A stretch of DNA of 64,000 nt from an uncultured Sunxiuqinia sp. (GTDB taxonomy: Bacteria > Bacteroidota > Bacteroidia > Bacteroidales > Prolixibacteraceae): the NCBI GenBank assembly GCA_965372405.1, contig CBDVCE010000013.1, positions 3,777 to 67,776 of the forward strand. The letters run 5' to 3'. The translations under genes were made by a program, and so were the position numbers. Positions 9,483 through 18,556 of the stretch are shown in pieces. Each line of letters starts with the position of its first letter. Positions within the stretch are counted from its first letter, which is position 1. The notes under the pieces were generated by a model, which searched no databases, was not told where the DNA came from, and saw only the letters and a program-made list of their open reading frames with translations.

Positions 9483-10832
9483 TCAATTAATGCTGTCTGC
9501 CAGCTGTTTGCCTTGTTTAATCCGGTCAGCCATTCCAATTCCATCCCTTACATTTCCTGCAATTATCAAACCTGGAAAATCAGTTTCAATTTTGCTAATG
9601 GCAGCCAGCTTCTCTTCTGACTCGAAGCCATACTGCGGAATGGCGTGCTGATACCGATTGATTTCAAACAAATCAGGAGTCCACTTTGTTAAGCCCATCA
9701 TCGATTTTATTTCCTTCTCAACAACAGCCTTAATCTTATCATCTGGCAAATCAGCCAATTCAGACTTTCGCACTCCACCAACAAAGGTTGACAATAATGC
9801 TCCTCCTTCAGGTGCACGATTCTTAAAACAAGATGACATAAATAATACGCCTAGTACATCTCTATTTTCAATAAAAGGAACCAAGCCTCCAAAAGCTTTC
9901 AGGTTTACACCCTCCCACTTTTTAAAACCAATGGCAACTTGTGCAACACGGGCATAGTTCATCGCTTGTATTTTCTGCAATACATCAGATTCAATAAAAG
10001 GAAAGCTTGTAGCTAACTGGTGTCCTCCAATCGTTGAGATCACTCGATCAAACAACTGTGTTTCACCATCTGCATGAATTATTTTATAAGCTGAATCATT
10101 TTGCTCAACGCGAATATCTTTGGTATTTAAATGAATATTCTCTGCTCCTATTGCATCCACCAAGGCTTTGATTAAACTTCCAAGTCCTCCATCAAAAGAG
10201 AAAATCTCTCTCGTTGCCTTTTTGTCTCGTTCACTTTTAGGTTCTTTTCCTTTCTTAATTGCTCCACCAATAAAGCTGCCGTAGTTTTGTTCCAGATTAT
10301 ACAACTTTGGTAAAGCAAAGCGCGGAATCAGTTTTGAAGGATCACCAGCGTAGATTCCCAGAACAAACGGATCGACAGCATAATTGAGGAAGCTTTTGCC
10401 CATTCGGCGATTAACCAACTCAGTAAGCGTTTCATTGGGATTAGTTCCCTTTTTCCGAAAAGGCTCTCCCAACAAACGTAATTTATCTACAAATGAGAAC
10501 AAAGGTGTAGTGACTCCTCTCCATAATCCGGAAGGAATTGCTTCCCATTTTCCGGCTTTCCAAATCCAGCGGTATTTTGCATTTGGATCAGCAACTTCTA
10601 AATTCAACGAATTACCTAAATCTTCAATTAATTCTTTTACTTCCGGCTGCCCAAGTACACCTGAGTTTGGTCCTCTTTCGTACAAGAATCCATCTTTCTG
10701 TACCGATTCAATAACTCCTCCTGCCCGGTCAGACTTTTCAAAAAGCTGCACCTCCAGTCCTTTCTTTTTCAAATAAAAAGCAGTCGTTAGTCCAGTTAAT
10801 CCGGCTCCTATGATGGCAATTTTTGGTTTCAT
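9483..10832 (-). CDS. hemY: FAD-dependent protoporphyrinogen oxidase (HemY type; often annotated HemG)
   Basis: IAIIGAGLTGL dinucleotide motif, ERGPNS, GIYAGDP, AIPQY. Start at MKPKI (ATG 10832), just after the hemN stop. Confidence 0.92.
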   Translation of the reverse strand: MKPKIAIIGAGLTGLTTAFYLKKKGLEVQLFEKSDRAGGVIESVQKDGFLYERGPNSGVLGQPEVKELIEDLGNSLNLEVADPNAKYRWIWKAGKWEAIPSGLWRGVTTPLFSFVDKLRLLGEPFRKKGTNPNETLTELVNRRMGKSFLNYAVDPFVLGIYAGDPSKLIPRFALPKLYNLEQNYGSFIGGAIKKGKEPKSERDKKATREIFSFDGGLGSLIKALVDAIGAENIHLNTKDIRVEQNDSAYKIIHADGETQLFDRVISTIGGHQLATSFPFIESDVLQKIQAMNYARVAQVAIGFKKWEGVNLKAFGGLVPFIENRDVLGVLFMSSCFKNRAPEGGALLSTFVGGVRKSELADLPDDKIKAVVEKEIKSMMGLTKWTPDLFEINRYQHAIPQYGFESEEKLAAISKIETDFPGLIIAGNVRDGIGMADRIKQGKQLADSIN

Positions 10833-10833
10833 A

Positions 10834-12210
10834 TTAGACTGACTTAGAAAATTTACGCCCTCCTTCATTCACTCGAACATCGAATACAGAAGCCATGTTT
10901 CGAAGGAAAAAACGACCTGTTTCTGTAATAATAATCTCTTCATCAGAATAGCTCAATAAATCATTTGTAACAAATCCATCCAGCTTAGATTCTGAAAAAT
11001 CCAGTTTTTTCTTTATTTCGGAAGAAGTAATGCCAAAATGTGCTTCGAGCTGTTTCCAATTCAAATATTGGTTACACATGATTTCATTGATGATATGACG
11101 TGTAATCTTATCCGTTTCAGTCATCTCATACCCTTTTACAATCTGAATCTGCCCCTGCTCAATGCTCGCCAAATAATCTTTTACCGTTCTTGCATTTTGT
11201 GCATAAACGTTTTCCAACTGGCTAATTCCCGTCACACCAAAAGCATAAACCTGCCCTGTCGTTTCTCTCGTACAATATCCTTGAAAATTTCGATGAAGAC
11301 TTTTGTTTTGCAGAGCCACTGCCATATCATCATTAGGTTTGGCATAATGATCTAAGCCAATGGGTATATACCCTGAAGAAGTCATCTTTGCCCAAGCATG
11401 CTCAAACATTTCCACTTTCGCTTCAGGTTCAGGCAAACCGTACTTTTCAAGTTGTTGTTGTGCTTTTTTCACCCAAGGAACATGCGCATAAGAAAAGGTT
11501 ACCAACCGATCGGCATCAATTTTGATTGCCCGATCCATTGTTTCAGCAAATGATGCAGGAGTCTGGTATGGCAACCCATAAATAAAGTCAAGATTAACCG
11601 ACACACCTGGATAAGATTTAATCATCGAAGAAAGCTCCTCAATCGAAATGGCTGGTATTTGTCGATGGACTGCATTTAAAACCTTCTCCTGAAAATCCTG
11701 AACCCCCATACTAATCCGGTTAAAACCAAACGAAACTAGATCAGCAATATACTTTTCATCTAAATGAGCAGGATTGCACTCAATGGCTATTTCGGGCTTT
11801 TCAATAAAGGTAAATTTGGCGTGAATCACTTCCATGATTTCACCAACATAAGCTGAAGGCATGGCATTTGGTGTTCCACCTCCCCAATGAACTTGTGAAA
11901 CTTTTCGATTTTCATCCAAGCTTGGCCTGATCATCAGAATCTCCTTTTTCAGCGCATCAACATATTGACGCATAATATCCTGATCTTTCGTAATGTGCGT
12001 ATTGCACCCACAATACAGGCATAGCTGCGGACAGAAAGGAATATGAATGTAAATTGATATATTTTCCGGTTGCTTTGAATTCGAATCAACAACTGCTTTT
12101 AAATAGTCATCAGTTCCAAAATTATTATCAAAGAAATTAGCAGGAGGATAACTGGTATACCTCGGAACCGGAATGTTATATTTATCTATTAATGAATGTG
12201 GAATTTTCAT
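10834..12210 (-). CDS. hemN: Oxygen-independent coproporphyrinogen III oxidase (radical SAM)
   Basis: PRYTSYP, CPQLCLYCGC (CxxxCxxC), WGGGTP, HRNFQGY: genuine HemN signature. Confidence 0.95.
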   Translation of the reverse strand: MKIPHSLIDKYNIPVPRYTSYPPANFFDNNFGTDDYLKAVVDSNSKQPENISIYIHIPFCPQLCLYCGCNTHITKDQDIMRQYVDALKKEILMIRPSLDENRKVSQVHWGGGTPNAMPSAYVGEIMEVIHAKFTFIEKPEIAIECNPAHLDEKYIADLVSFGFNRISMGVQDFQEKVLNAVHRQIPAISIEELSSMIKSYPGVSVNLDFIYGLPYQTPASFAETMDRAIKIDADRLVTFSYAHVPWVKKAQQQLEKYGLPEPEAKVEMFEHAWAKMTSSGYIPIGLDHYAKPNDDMAVALQNKSLHRNFQGYCTRETTGQVYAFGVTGISQLENVYAQNARTVKDYLASIEQGQIQIVKGYEMTETDKITRHIINEIMCNQYLNWKQLEAHFGITSSEIKKKLDFSESKLDGFVTNDLLSYSDEEIIITETGRFFLRNMASVFDVRVNEGGRKFSKSV

Positions 12211-12219
12211 GTTTTCAAA

Positions 12220-13455
12220 TTATGAATTATTTAATTCGGTACTAGGGTCACCCTCCATATATTTTTCCTTTTTGAAAATAAAAGGAAGTAGCAATAAAAC
12301 CAATACACAAAGCACCATTTCAATTCTGAACAAACCACGATACGCAATTTGATCAGCTAGTTTTCCACTAAAAACAGCTATAAATAAGCTGCTTAAATGA
12401 GTAAGTACAATCTGAATCGTAAAATCTGTTCCTTCACGTCCTTTTCGAACAACTGCCATGCACAAGGTAAAAATAAACACCGATGACATAGCATAAGCCG
12501 ACCACAATAAACAAACCGCCATATAAATTAGGTACAGCGGATGATTTGTATAGGTCAGCATAAAAAAGAATGAAGCAGCAAATAAGTTTACCGTAGCAAA
12601 TAAATACACTGATTTACCAAAACCAATTTTTCGAATAATAAAACCAGCTGGAATGGCAATTAATGCACCACAGGCCGTGCCCCAAATGCCAGATATGAAA
12701 CCAATTTCCCTGATACTATAACCCAAATCAACCAAATAAGGTTTTACCATTGTTAAAACACCAATGATGCCTGAATAAAACACTAGTAGAATCAATATAT
12801 GTTTGATGGTGGATGCTTCACGAAAGAATAGAACAAACTCATAAAAAGTAACCTTTTTGCTAGTCGGTTTAACTTCTTCAATTGGTTTTATCTTATAAAA
12901 CGTAACAGGAATTAAGGCTAATAAAACGAAACCGGCTAAGCCAAACAATAAATAAGTCCAGCCAAAAGTGCCATATATTATTAGTAAGACACCGCTACCG
13001 AACAATGTACCCAAAAAACTACCAGCTGACTGCATGCTATTCCCCAGGCTTCTTTCCTTCTTCCGAAGCGATAGAATGGCAAACGCATCTGTTGCAATAT
13101 CCTGAGTTGCTGAGGCGGTAAAAGCAATCACCATTAATGCGATAATGGTCGAAAAATCAGTTTTTAAATTAAAGAAACCAATACTGACGATGATCATCGC
13201 GTACAGCAATTCAGACAGCAGTATCCACTTGCGATATTGCTTTGGAGTTTTGCAGTTTCGGTCAACAATTGGTGCCCATAGAAACTTGGCAATCCATGGT
13301 AATTTAATCAACTGTAAATAACCAATCGACTCTAACGAGTAACTCTCCATGCGCATGATAACAGGTACCACCGTAGAGAAAAAACTCATGGGAATAGACT
13401 GCGCCAAATACAAGGTTAGCAGCGTAAAGTACTTATCAAATTCCTTCTTAAACAT
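12220..13455 (-). CDS. MFS transporter, AmpG/RhtX/FptX-like
   Basis: LYLAQSIP, LPWIAKFLWAPIVD, SATQDIATDA motifs; about 12 TM segments. Confidence 0.88.
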   Translation of the reverse strand: MFKKEFDKYFTLLTLYLAQSIPMSFFSTVVPVIMRMESYSLESIGYLQLIKLPWIAKFLWAPIVDRNCKTPKQYRKWILLSELLYAMIIVSIGFFNLKTDFSTIIALMVIAFTASATQDIATDAFAILSLRKKERSLGNSMQSAGSFLGTLFGSGVLLIIYGTFGWTYLLFGLAGFVLLALIPVTFYKIKPIEEVKPTSKKVTFYEFVLFFREASTIKHILILLVFYSGIIGVLTMVKPYLVDLGYSIREIGFISGIWGTACGALIAIPAGFIIRKIGFGKSVYLFATVNLFAASFFFMLTYTNHPLYLIYMAVCLLWSAYAMSSVFIFTLCMAVVRKGREGTDFTIQIVLTHLSSLFIAVFSGKLADQIAYRGLFRIEMVLCVLVLLLLPFIFKKEKYMEGDPSTELNNS

Positions 13456-13464
13456 CTACGAATT

Positions 13465-15564
13465 CTAAAATCTAACTTTTGCAGTAACTCCTACCCTCGA
13501 AGGTTTTCCAATCTGAGCATACGAATTTCCAAGCGCAGTAAAGTAAAAAGAATTATAATCAGCATCAAATAAGTTTTTACACCAAATGCTTAAAGAAATA
13601 TCATTTTTCTGGAATGAGACCCTTCCGCTTACTAAACCATAGAAATCTTGCCAGGCATTATTTGATTCGTGCCAGTATGTTTTACCAAACCCCTGATACT
13701 GAAGCAGAATAGTCATTCTATCAACAAGTTCACTATTAAATTCAAAAGCCTGTTTTACACCCAAATTCAATGTAAAGCGAGGTGCATATGGCAAATAATT
13801 ACCAGCATAATCAGTAGAATCGTTTCTCATGTATTCAACAAATTTTGCTTTGTTAAAACCAAACATTCCCCATGCTTCAAATTTATTATCCGGGCTGTAG
13901 CGCATTTCCAACTCAAAACCCATACTTTCAGATTTACCTGCATTTTTCAGCATAGATCCTCGGCCACTTGGTGCTGGTTGATAAACTTGCTGCTTACGCC
14001 AATCCATATAATAAGCTCCAATTCCTGCTTTTATATTATTTTTTGGGCAACGAAATTTCCAACCAAATTCATAATTATAACTTTCTTCCGGTTCATAAGA
14101 ACGATCTTCATCCCGTTCAAAAGTTGAGTTAAACCCACCAGCATTGTAACCTTTTGAGAAAGTTGCATAGTGGCTAATATTCTCATTAATATTGTACTTC
14201 ACAGATATTTTTGGAAGAAATACCACATTATCCAGTTCAAGTTCGGCATCACCTACATGACTAGTATTTCCTACAACCTCCTTATCATGCTGATAGTCCA
14301 ATGTTGCTTTTTCATAATCCCCCCTCAAGCCAGCAATAATATTCACTTTTCCAATATTCAATACCGATTGATGATAAAATGCAACTCCAGAAGTCGTATT
14401 GTCATAGCCTTTGGTATAGTTATAAGAACCTGGCAAGCGATATTTACTAATTCCATCTTCGCCGTACTCCACAAATACTTCTTTATCTAAAGACTGTCTG
14501 AAAACAAATCCTCCAAAGAGCCATTCATATATTTTCCCTTTTTCAGAACTCACTGTTAGTTCCTGAGCAAACATGTTTTGCTTTTGATTCTGGTTCACCA
14601 TAAATAAGCTTGCTGGTGTAAAATCCTGATCAATTTTTTGAAAATCATCTAACAACTGAAAACTGGTTGCTGAACTCAAATAAACAGATCCGAAATCGGC
14701 ATTCATAGATAGCCCTGCTGAAAATAGCTCACGTTCGTATCCACTTGCAAAATCATAACTTACATCACCTGCACTTTGTGTGTCAATATCATACAAAGCG
14801 TAAGGATAACCTGCCTGATCACTGTTTTCATATTGAAGTGTAAGACGCGTATTAAATGAAGAGCAAACATCATAGTTCAACTTCAATCGTCCAGAATAGC
14901 TATCAAGTTTATCTGCTGACTCGCCTAAAAATTCATTGGTAAAATAACCATCATTATGAACCTTCCCAAAATTCACAATCATTCCCAGTTTATCATTAAT
15001 TGGCTGATTATGTGAAATCTGTGTTTCAAGCTGATTAAAGCTCCCATAATTCACTTGCACACTGGTTGACCTATCTGGTTTTGGTTGTTGAGTCGTAATA
15101 TTAATTAAACCTGCCAGAGTATTTCTCCCGAAAAGCGTCCCCTGTGGACCACGTAGCACATCAATGCTTTCAATATCCTGAAAATTAAAATTGAATGCCG
15201 CCTTCAAAAAATAAGGAATATTGTCCACGTAAAGTCCTACCGAAGGTGAATTAATACGTGTACCAACTCCGCGTATGTAAACAGGAGAAGTTAGTTTTGA
15301 GCCATAATCTGGCATAAAGAAGTTGGGAACAAAACCTGACAAATCGGTTAGGTTTTCAATCTTATTATCAACGATAATATAAGCAGGCAACTTTGAAGCA
15401 GCTGCTGGCAACTGAAAAACATCGCTATTGTATTTGGTTGAACTTATCGTTATTTCTCCGATATCTATTGATTTATAAACCGTTGTATCGGCTGGCTCTT
15501 CTTCTGCAAAAACGACTAATGCAAAAACGAGGATACACGCAGTCAGTAATATTTTATTATACAT
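13465..15564 (-). CDS. TonB-dependent outer-membrane receptor (FyuA/siderophore-receptor-like)
   Basis: Signal peptide, plug motif LRGPQGTLFGRNTLAGLINI, C-terminal ...GVTAKVRF; 699 aa. Confidence 0.93.
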   Translation of the reverse strand: MYNKILLTACILVFALVVFAEEEPADTTVYKSIDIGEITISSTKYNSDVFQLPAAASKLPAYIIVDNKIENLTDLSGFVPNFFMPDYGSKLTSPVYIRGVGTRINSPSVGLYVDNIPYFLKAAFNFNFQDIESIDVLRGPQGTLFGRNTLAGLINITTQQPKPDRSTSVQVNYGSFNQLETQISHNQPINDKLGMIVNFGKVHNDGYFTNEFLGESADKLDSYSGRLKLNYDVCSSFNTRLTLQYENSDQAGYPYALYDIDTQSAGDVSYDFASGYERELFSAGLSMNADFGSVYLSSATSFQLLDDFQKIDQDFTPASLFMVNQNQKQNMFAQELTVSSEKGKIYEWLFGGFVFRQSLDKEVFVEYGEDGISKYRLPGSYNYTKGYDNTTSGVAFYHQSVLNIGKVNIIAGLRGDYEKATLDYQHDKEVVGNTSHVGDAELELDNVVFLPKISVKYNINENISHYATFSKGYNAGGFNSTFERDEDRSYEPEESYNYEFGWKFRCPKNNIKAGIGAYYMDWRKQQVYQPAPSGRGSMLKNAGKSESMGFELEMRYSPDNKFEAWGMFGFNKAKFVEYMRNDSTDYAGNYLPYAPRFTLNLGVKQAFEFNSELVDRMTILLQYQGFGKTYWHESNNAWQDFYGLVSGRVSFQKNDISLSIWCKNLFDADYNSFYFTALGNSYAQIGKPSRVGVTAKVRF

Positions 15565-15579
15565 CTAATTATTTTTTAT

Positions 15580-15607
15580 CCGAAAATCAGTAAGCTTGAA
15601 TTTTCGG
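15580..15607 (-). promoter_or_regulatory. Stem-loop 15 nt upstream of the TonB receptor start
   Basis: CCGAAAAT (15580-15587) / ATTTTCGG (15600-15607) inverted repeat; no U-tract on the coding strand. Confidence 0.4.
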
Positions 15608-15641
15608 GAATAGACAAAAGGTTGGTTAATACATTCAGATA

Positions 15642-15989
15642 TTAGATGCAAAAAGGTGGGGGGCGATTAACAACCTGCCCTTTCTGCTCATAAAGATGAG
15701 CAATTTTAATCCGGTCTCCCGGGCCAAGAATTATTTGATTTTGTGTAAAATGGAAGGTCGAATTTTGATGAATATCAGAATCTGTTTTCTGATCATCTTC
15801 ACCATAATAATATGAACTTTCATCAATTTGATCATCAGCATCAACAAAAACTTCTTTCTTCCCAAAAAAGAATTCTTCAAGAAGTTCTTTCTTTTCAACT
15901 GACTTATTTGAAACAAAAAAGTAAGTCAGATAAAAAAAGAAAAAAACCAGATATGGAATATGTGTGCTAAAAATCCCGAAAGAAAACAT
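15642..15989 (-). CDS. Small leader-type protein: N-terminal hydrophobic segment, acidic middle, C-terminal RPPP
   Basis: 115-aa ATG ORF directly upstream of the TonB receptor and directly downstream of a -7 element; ends NRPPPFCI. Confidence 0.7.
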   Translation of the reverse strand: MFSFGIFSTHIPYLVFFFFYLTYFFVSNKSVEKKELLEEFFFGKKEVFVDADDQIDESSYYYGEDDQKTDSDIHQNSTFHFTQNQIILGPGDRIKIAHLYEQKGQVVNRPPPFCI

Positions 15990-16013
15990 AAATATCTATT
16001 CAAAATTCAAGTT

Positions 16014-16021
16014 CAAAAGTA
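16014..16021 (-). promoter_or_regulatory. sigma70 -7 element TACTTTTG for the leader/TBDR/hem operon
   Basis: TAnnTTTG about 25 nt upstream of ATG 15989. Confidence 0.55.
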
Positions 16022-16184
16022 AAAAAAAATAGAGAATTCTATCTCTGAATTGATATTTATCAATGTAATGCTTAACATTTTTATTCTTGTTATGCTTTTC
16101 ATTTTTTGAAACAAGTTGAGTTCAATTGAAAACAATACAATTAGAATATTTTCATATTGGTCATATGATCTCTATCTTTACGAA

Positions 16185-16595
16185 ATGATTTCAGGAAATA
16201 TACAAATAAAGTCAAGATATGATGAGGTAGACCAAATGGGTTACATATATCATGCAAACTACGTGAAATATTGCCACATAGGAAGAACAGAGTTAATGAG
16301 ACAATTTAATATTCATGATGAATGTTTGGAAGAGAATAACATTCTTCTACCAGTTATTGAAATGAATTTACAATACCTTAAACCAGCAAAATATGATGAT
16401 CTGCTAACCATTAATACCAGAATTGCGGAATTACCTAAAACACGACTTTTCTTTAATTTCGAAATTAGAAACGAAAAAGAAGAAATCATCTGTAAAGCAA
16501 ACTCTACAATTGTTTTTGTAGATTCGAATTCAAGAAAACCAATGAAGGCACCAAAAATTATTTTGGACGCATTATCAACTAAAACAGCGTTATGA
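16185..16595 (+). CDS. Acyl-CoA thioesterase (YbgC/FadM, 4HBT fold)
   Basis: RYDEVDQMGYIYHANYVKY motif; start taken at ATG 16185. Confidence 0.9.
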   Translation: MISGNIQIKSRYDEVDQMGYIYHANYVKYCHIGRTELMRQFNIHDECLEENNILLPVIEMNLQYLKPAKYDDLLTINTRIAELPKTRLFFNFEIRNEKEEIICKANSTIVFVDSNSRKPMKAPKIILDALSTKTAL

Positions 16596-17374
16596 AGTTA
16601 AGAGTTCTCACAGAAAATAATGCAAGTGGACACTTTCTAGCCGAACACGGACTTTCTTACTTAATTGAGCATGATGGAAAAACGATATTATTTGACACAG
16701 GGCATACGGATATCTTTTACAGAAATGCAGTTCAGTTTGGTATAAATCTCAATAATCAGGTTGATGTAATTGTGCTAAGTCATGGACATTGGGATCATGG
16801 CGGCGGCTTACAGTACATTCAAAACAAACCCCTTCTCACTCACCCGGCTTCATTTATGAAACGATATAATAAGTATAGTTCTTCTTTCTCAGGCTTGCAG
16901 CTTACACAAAAAGAAATTGAACAACAATTTCAACTTATAACATCTGAAAAGCCCTATTATATTACTGATCAAATTATTTTTCTTGGTGAAATTCCAAGAG
17001 TCAATATTTTCGAATCGCAAACAACAACTTTTGTTGACAAAAATGGTTCTGAAGATTATATTCCAGACGATACTGCGCTAGCTATAATCAATAACAATCA
17101 ATTGGTTATAGTTTCTGGTTGTGCTCATTCTGGTATTTGTAATATTTGCGACTATGCCATAAAGCTTACAGGAATTCAAACCATTCAGGCAGTTATTGGT
17201 GGGTTTCATTTAAAAAAGAATGATAATCAAACAAAAGAAACTATCCAGTATTTTAAAGATGCTGGAGTTGATCGGCTATATCCTTCACATTGCACTGAGC
17301 TTCCTGCTCTTTCGGCATTTCATTCACATTTCAAAACAACTCAGGTTAAAACAGGATTTACTTTTACATTTTAA
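16592..17374 (+). CDS. MBL-fold metallo-hydrolase (MJ0448-like)
   Basis: AEHGLS, LFDTG, LSHGHWDHGG, GCAHSG, GGFHL, HCT motifs. Confidence 0.9.
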   Translation: MKLRVLTENNASGHFLAEHGLSYLIEHDGKTILFDTGHTDIFYRNAVQFGINLNNQVDVIVLSHGHWDHGGGLQYIQNKPLLTHPASFMKRYNKYSSSFSGLQLTQKEIEQQFQLITSEKPYYITDQIIFLGEIPRVNIFESQTTTFVDKNGSEDYIPDDTALAIINNNQLVIVSGCAHSGICNICDYAIKLTGIQTIQAVIGGFHLKKNDNQTKETIQYFKDAGVDRLYPSHCTELPALSAFHSHFKTTQVKTGFTFTF

Positions 17375-17534
17375 GAACAAGAAACTCTGAAATTTATTTT
17401 TTTTCATTGGCTATAGTTATTTGTTTTTATCTACATGGATAACAATATCTCTATGTCCATAATATCAATCAATTAACACTCTCAGAGCATCTTTTAGTAA
17501 TCTATAAAAAAAAGTACAAAAATACTTTCATAAG

Positions 17535-17546
17535 GAACATATGTTC
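17535..17546. promoter_or_regulatory. Perfect palindrome GAACATATGTTC, candidate operator
   Basis: 12-bp dyad two bases upstream of the -7 element TATATTTG (17549-17556). Confidence 0.55.
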
Positions 17547-17548
17547 TA

Positions 17549-17556
17549 TATATTTG
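17549..17556 (+). promoter_or_regulatory. sigma70 -7 element TATATTTG for the NifX/ATPase operon
   Basis: TAnnTTTG 24 nt upstream of ATG 17580. Confidence 0.65.
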
Positions 17557-17579
17557 CAATATCAAATAATTAAAAAACT

Positions 17580-17903
17580 ATGAAAATTGCAATAACAGCG
17601 AGTGAGCAGAACATTAACTCAAAACTTGACAGCCGCTTTGGACGTTGTTCTTATTTTGCCATATACGATACAGAAAGTAATGATATTGAATTTGCTTTAA
17701 ATCCAAACAAAGAGGCAGCCGAAGGTGCAGGACCTGCATCGGTACAATTAATTGCTTCGAAAGGGGTAAAAAAGATTATATCTGGAAATTTCGGAGGTAA
17801 AGTCAAAAATATTCTTGAAGATCTGGGAATACAAATGGTCGTTTTTAATGACGCTGAGAAAACGATAAATGAAATTCTTAGTCATCTTAAATTCAAACAA
17901 TAA
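17580..17903 (+). CDS. NifB/NifX family Fe-Mo cofactor-binding domain protein
   Basis: MKIAIT...RFGRCSYF...GAG...GNFG motifs. Confidence 0.9.
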   Translation: MKIAITASEQNINSKLDSRFGRCSYFAIYDTESNDIEFALNPNKEAAEGAGPASVQLIASKGVKKIISGNFGGKVKNILEDLGIQMVVFNDAEKTINEILSHLKFKQ

Positions 17904-17921
17904 TAAAGAAAGGAGGTGTTT

Positions 17922-18140
17922 ATGCCTGGATTCAACAGAAAAGGACCACAAGGTGAAGGTTCAATGACAGGTCGTGGCATGGGGCGTTGTAACTCTGAAA
18001 ATAAAAATCAACTTTCAGATAAAACACAAAACATGTCTAAAGATACAGATGAAAAACAAACCAACTCAACCACAGGTAGAGGCCTAGGATTAAGAAGAGG
18101 CAAAGGAGCAGGATTTGGTTTAAGAAAAAACGGTTGTTAA
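17922..18140 (+). CDS. DUF5320-like small Gly/Arg-rich protein
   Basis: MPGFNRKGPQGEGSMTGRGMGRC N-terminus; preceded by AGGAGGT at 17911-17917. Confidence 0.85.
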   Translation: MPGFNRKGPQGEGSMTGRGMGRCNSENKNQLSDKTQNMSKDTDEKQTNSTTGRGLGLRRGKGAGFGLRKNGC

Positions 18141-18150
18141 CAGATGAATT

Positions 18151-18186
18151 CCCTGACAACAAAATATTTTTCTTGAGTTGTCAGGG
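18151..18186 (+). terminator. Intra-operon stem-loop (terminator or RNA-stability hairpin)
   Basis: CCCTGACAAC (18151-18160) / GTTGTCAGGG (18177-18186), followed by GTTT. Confidence 0.45.
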
Positions 18187-18208
18187 GTTTACTTTAGAAC
18201 TTATAAGT

Positions 18209-18544
18209 ATGACAAAAATTGCTATTCCTACAGAAAATGAACTTCTTTGTTCTCATTTCGGTCATTGTAAAGAATTTTCAATTATTGAAACTGATGGTCA
18301 AAAAATAATCAAAGAAGAAAAAATTGCAGCTCCCCCTCATGAACCCGGACTTTTACCAAAATGGTTAGCTGAGCGCAATGTAAGCAACGTAATTGCAGGT
18401 AGTATTGGACAAAGAGCTGTTGCTCTTTTCAATCAACAAAATATTCAGGTAGATGTTGGAGCTGAAATTAAAGCTCCAAAACAATTGGTGGAAGATTGGC
18501 TAAAAGGAGCATTATCTACAGGCGCGAATGCATGTGATCATTAA
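18209..18544 (+). CDS. NifB/NifX family protein (HFGHC type)
   Basis: MTKIAIP...HFGHC...PPHEPG...NACDH; start taken at ATG 18209. Confidence 0.9.
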   Translation: MTKIAIPTENELLCSHFGHCKEFSIIETDGQKIIKEEKIAAPPHEPGLLPKWLAERNVSNVIAGSIGQRAVALFNQQNIQVDVGAEIKAPKQLVEDWLKGALSTGANACDH

Positions 18545-18556
18545 AATTTCTATGTT

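Noticed and set aside
9483-10868. N-terminal extension of HemY overlapping hemN
   Set aside because: ATG 10832, just after the hemN stop, gives the normal GxGxxG position.
16021-16029. A9 run as a phase-variable promoter spacer
   Set aside because: T-runs before TAnnTTTG are common in Bacteroidota promoters, and no -33 box defines the spacing.
15564-16110. Riboswitch (cobalamin/TPP) or Fur box upstream of the TonB receptor
   Set aside because: No recognisable conserved riboswitch core or 19-bp Fur dyad.
17580-18544. Nitrogen fixation inferred from NifB/NifX domains
   Set aside because: No nifH/D/K/E/N in the window; these small domains are common in non-diazotrophs.
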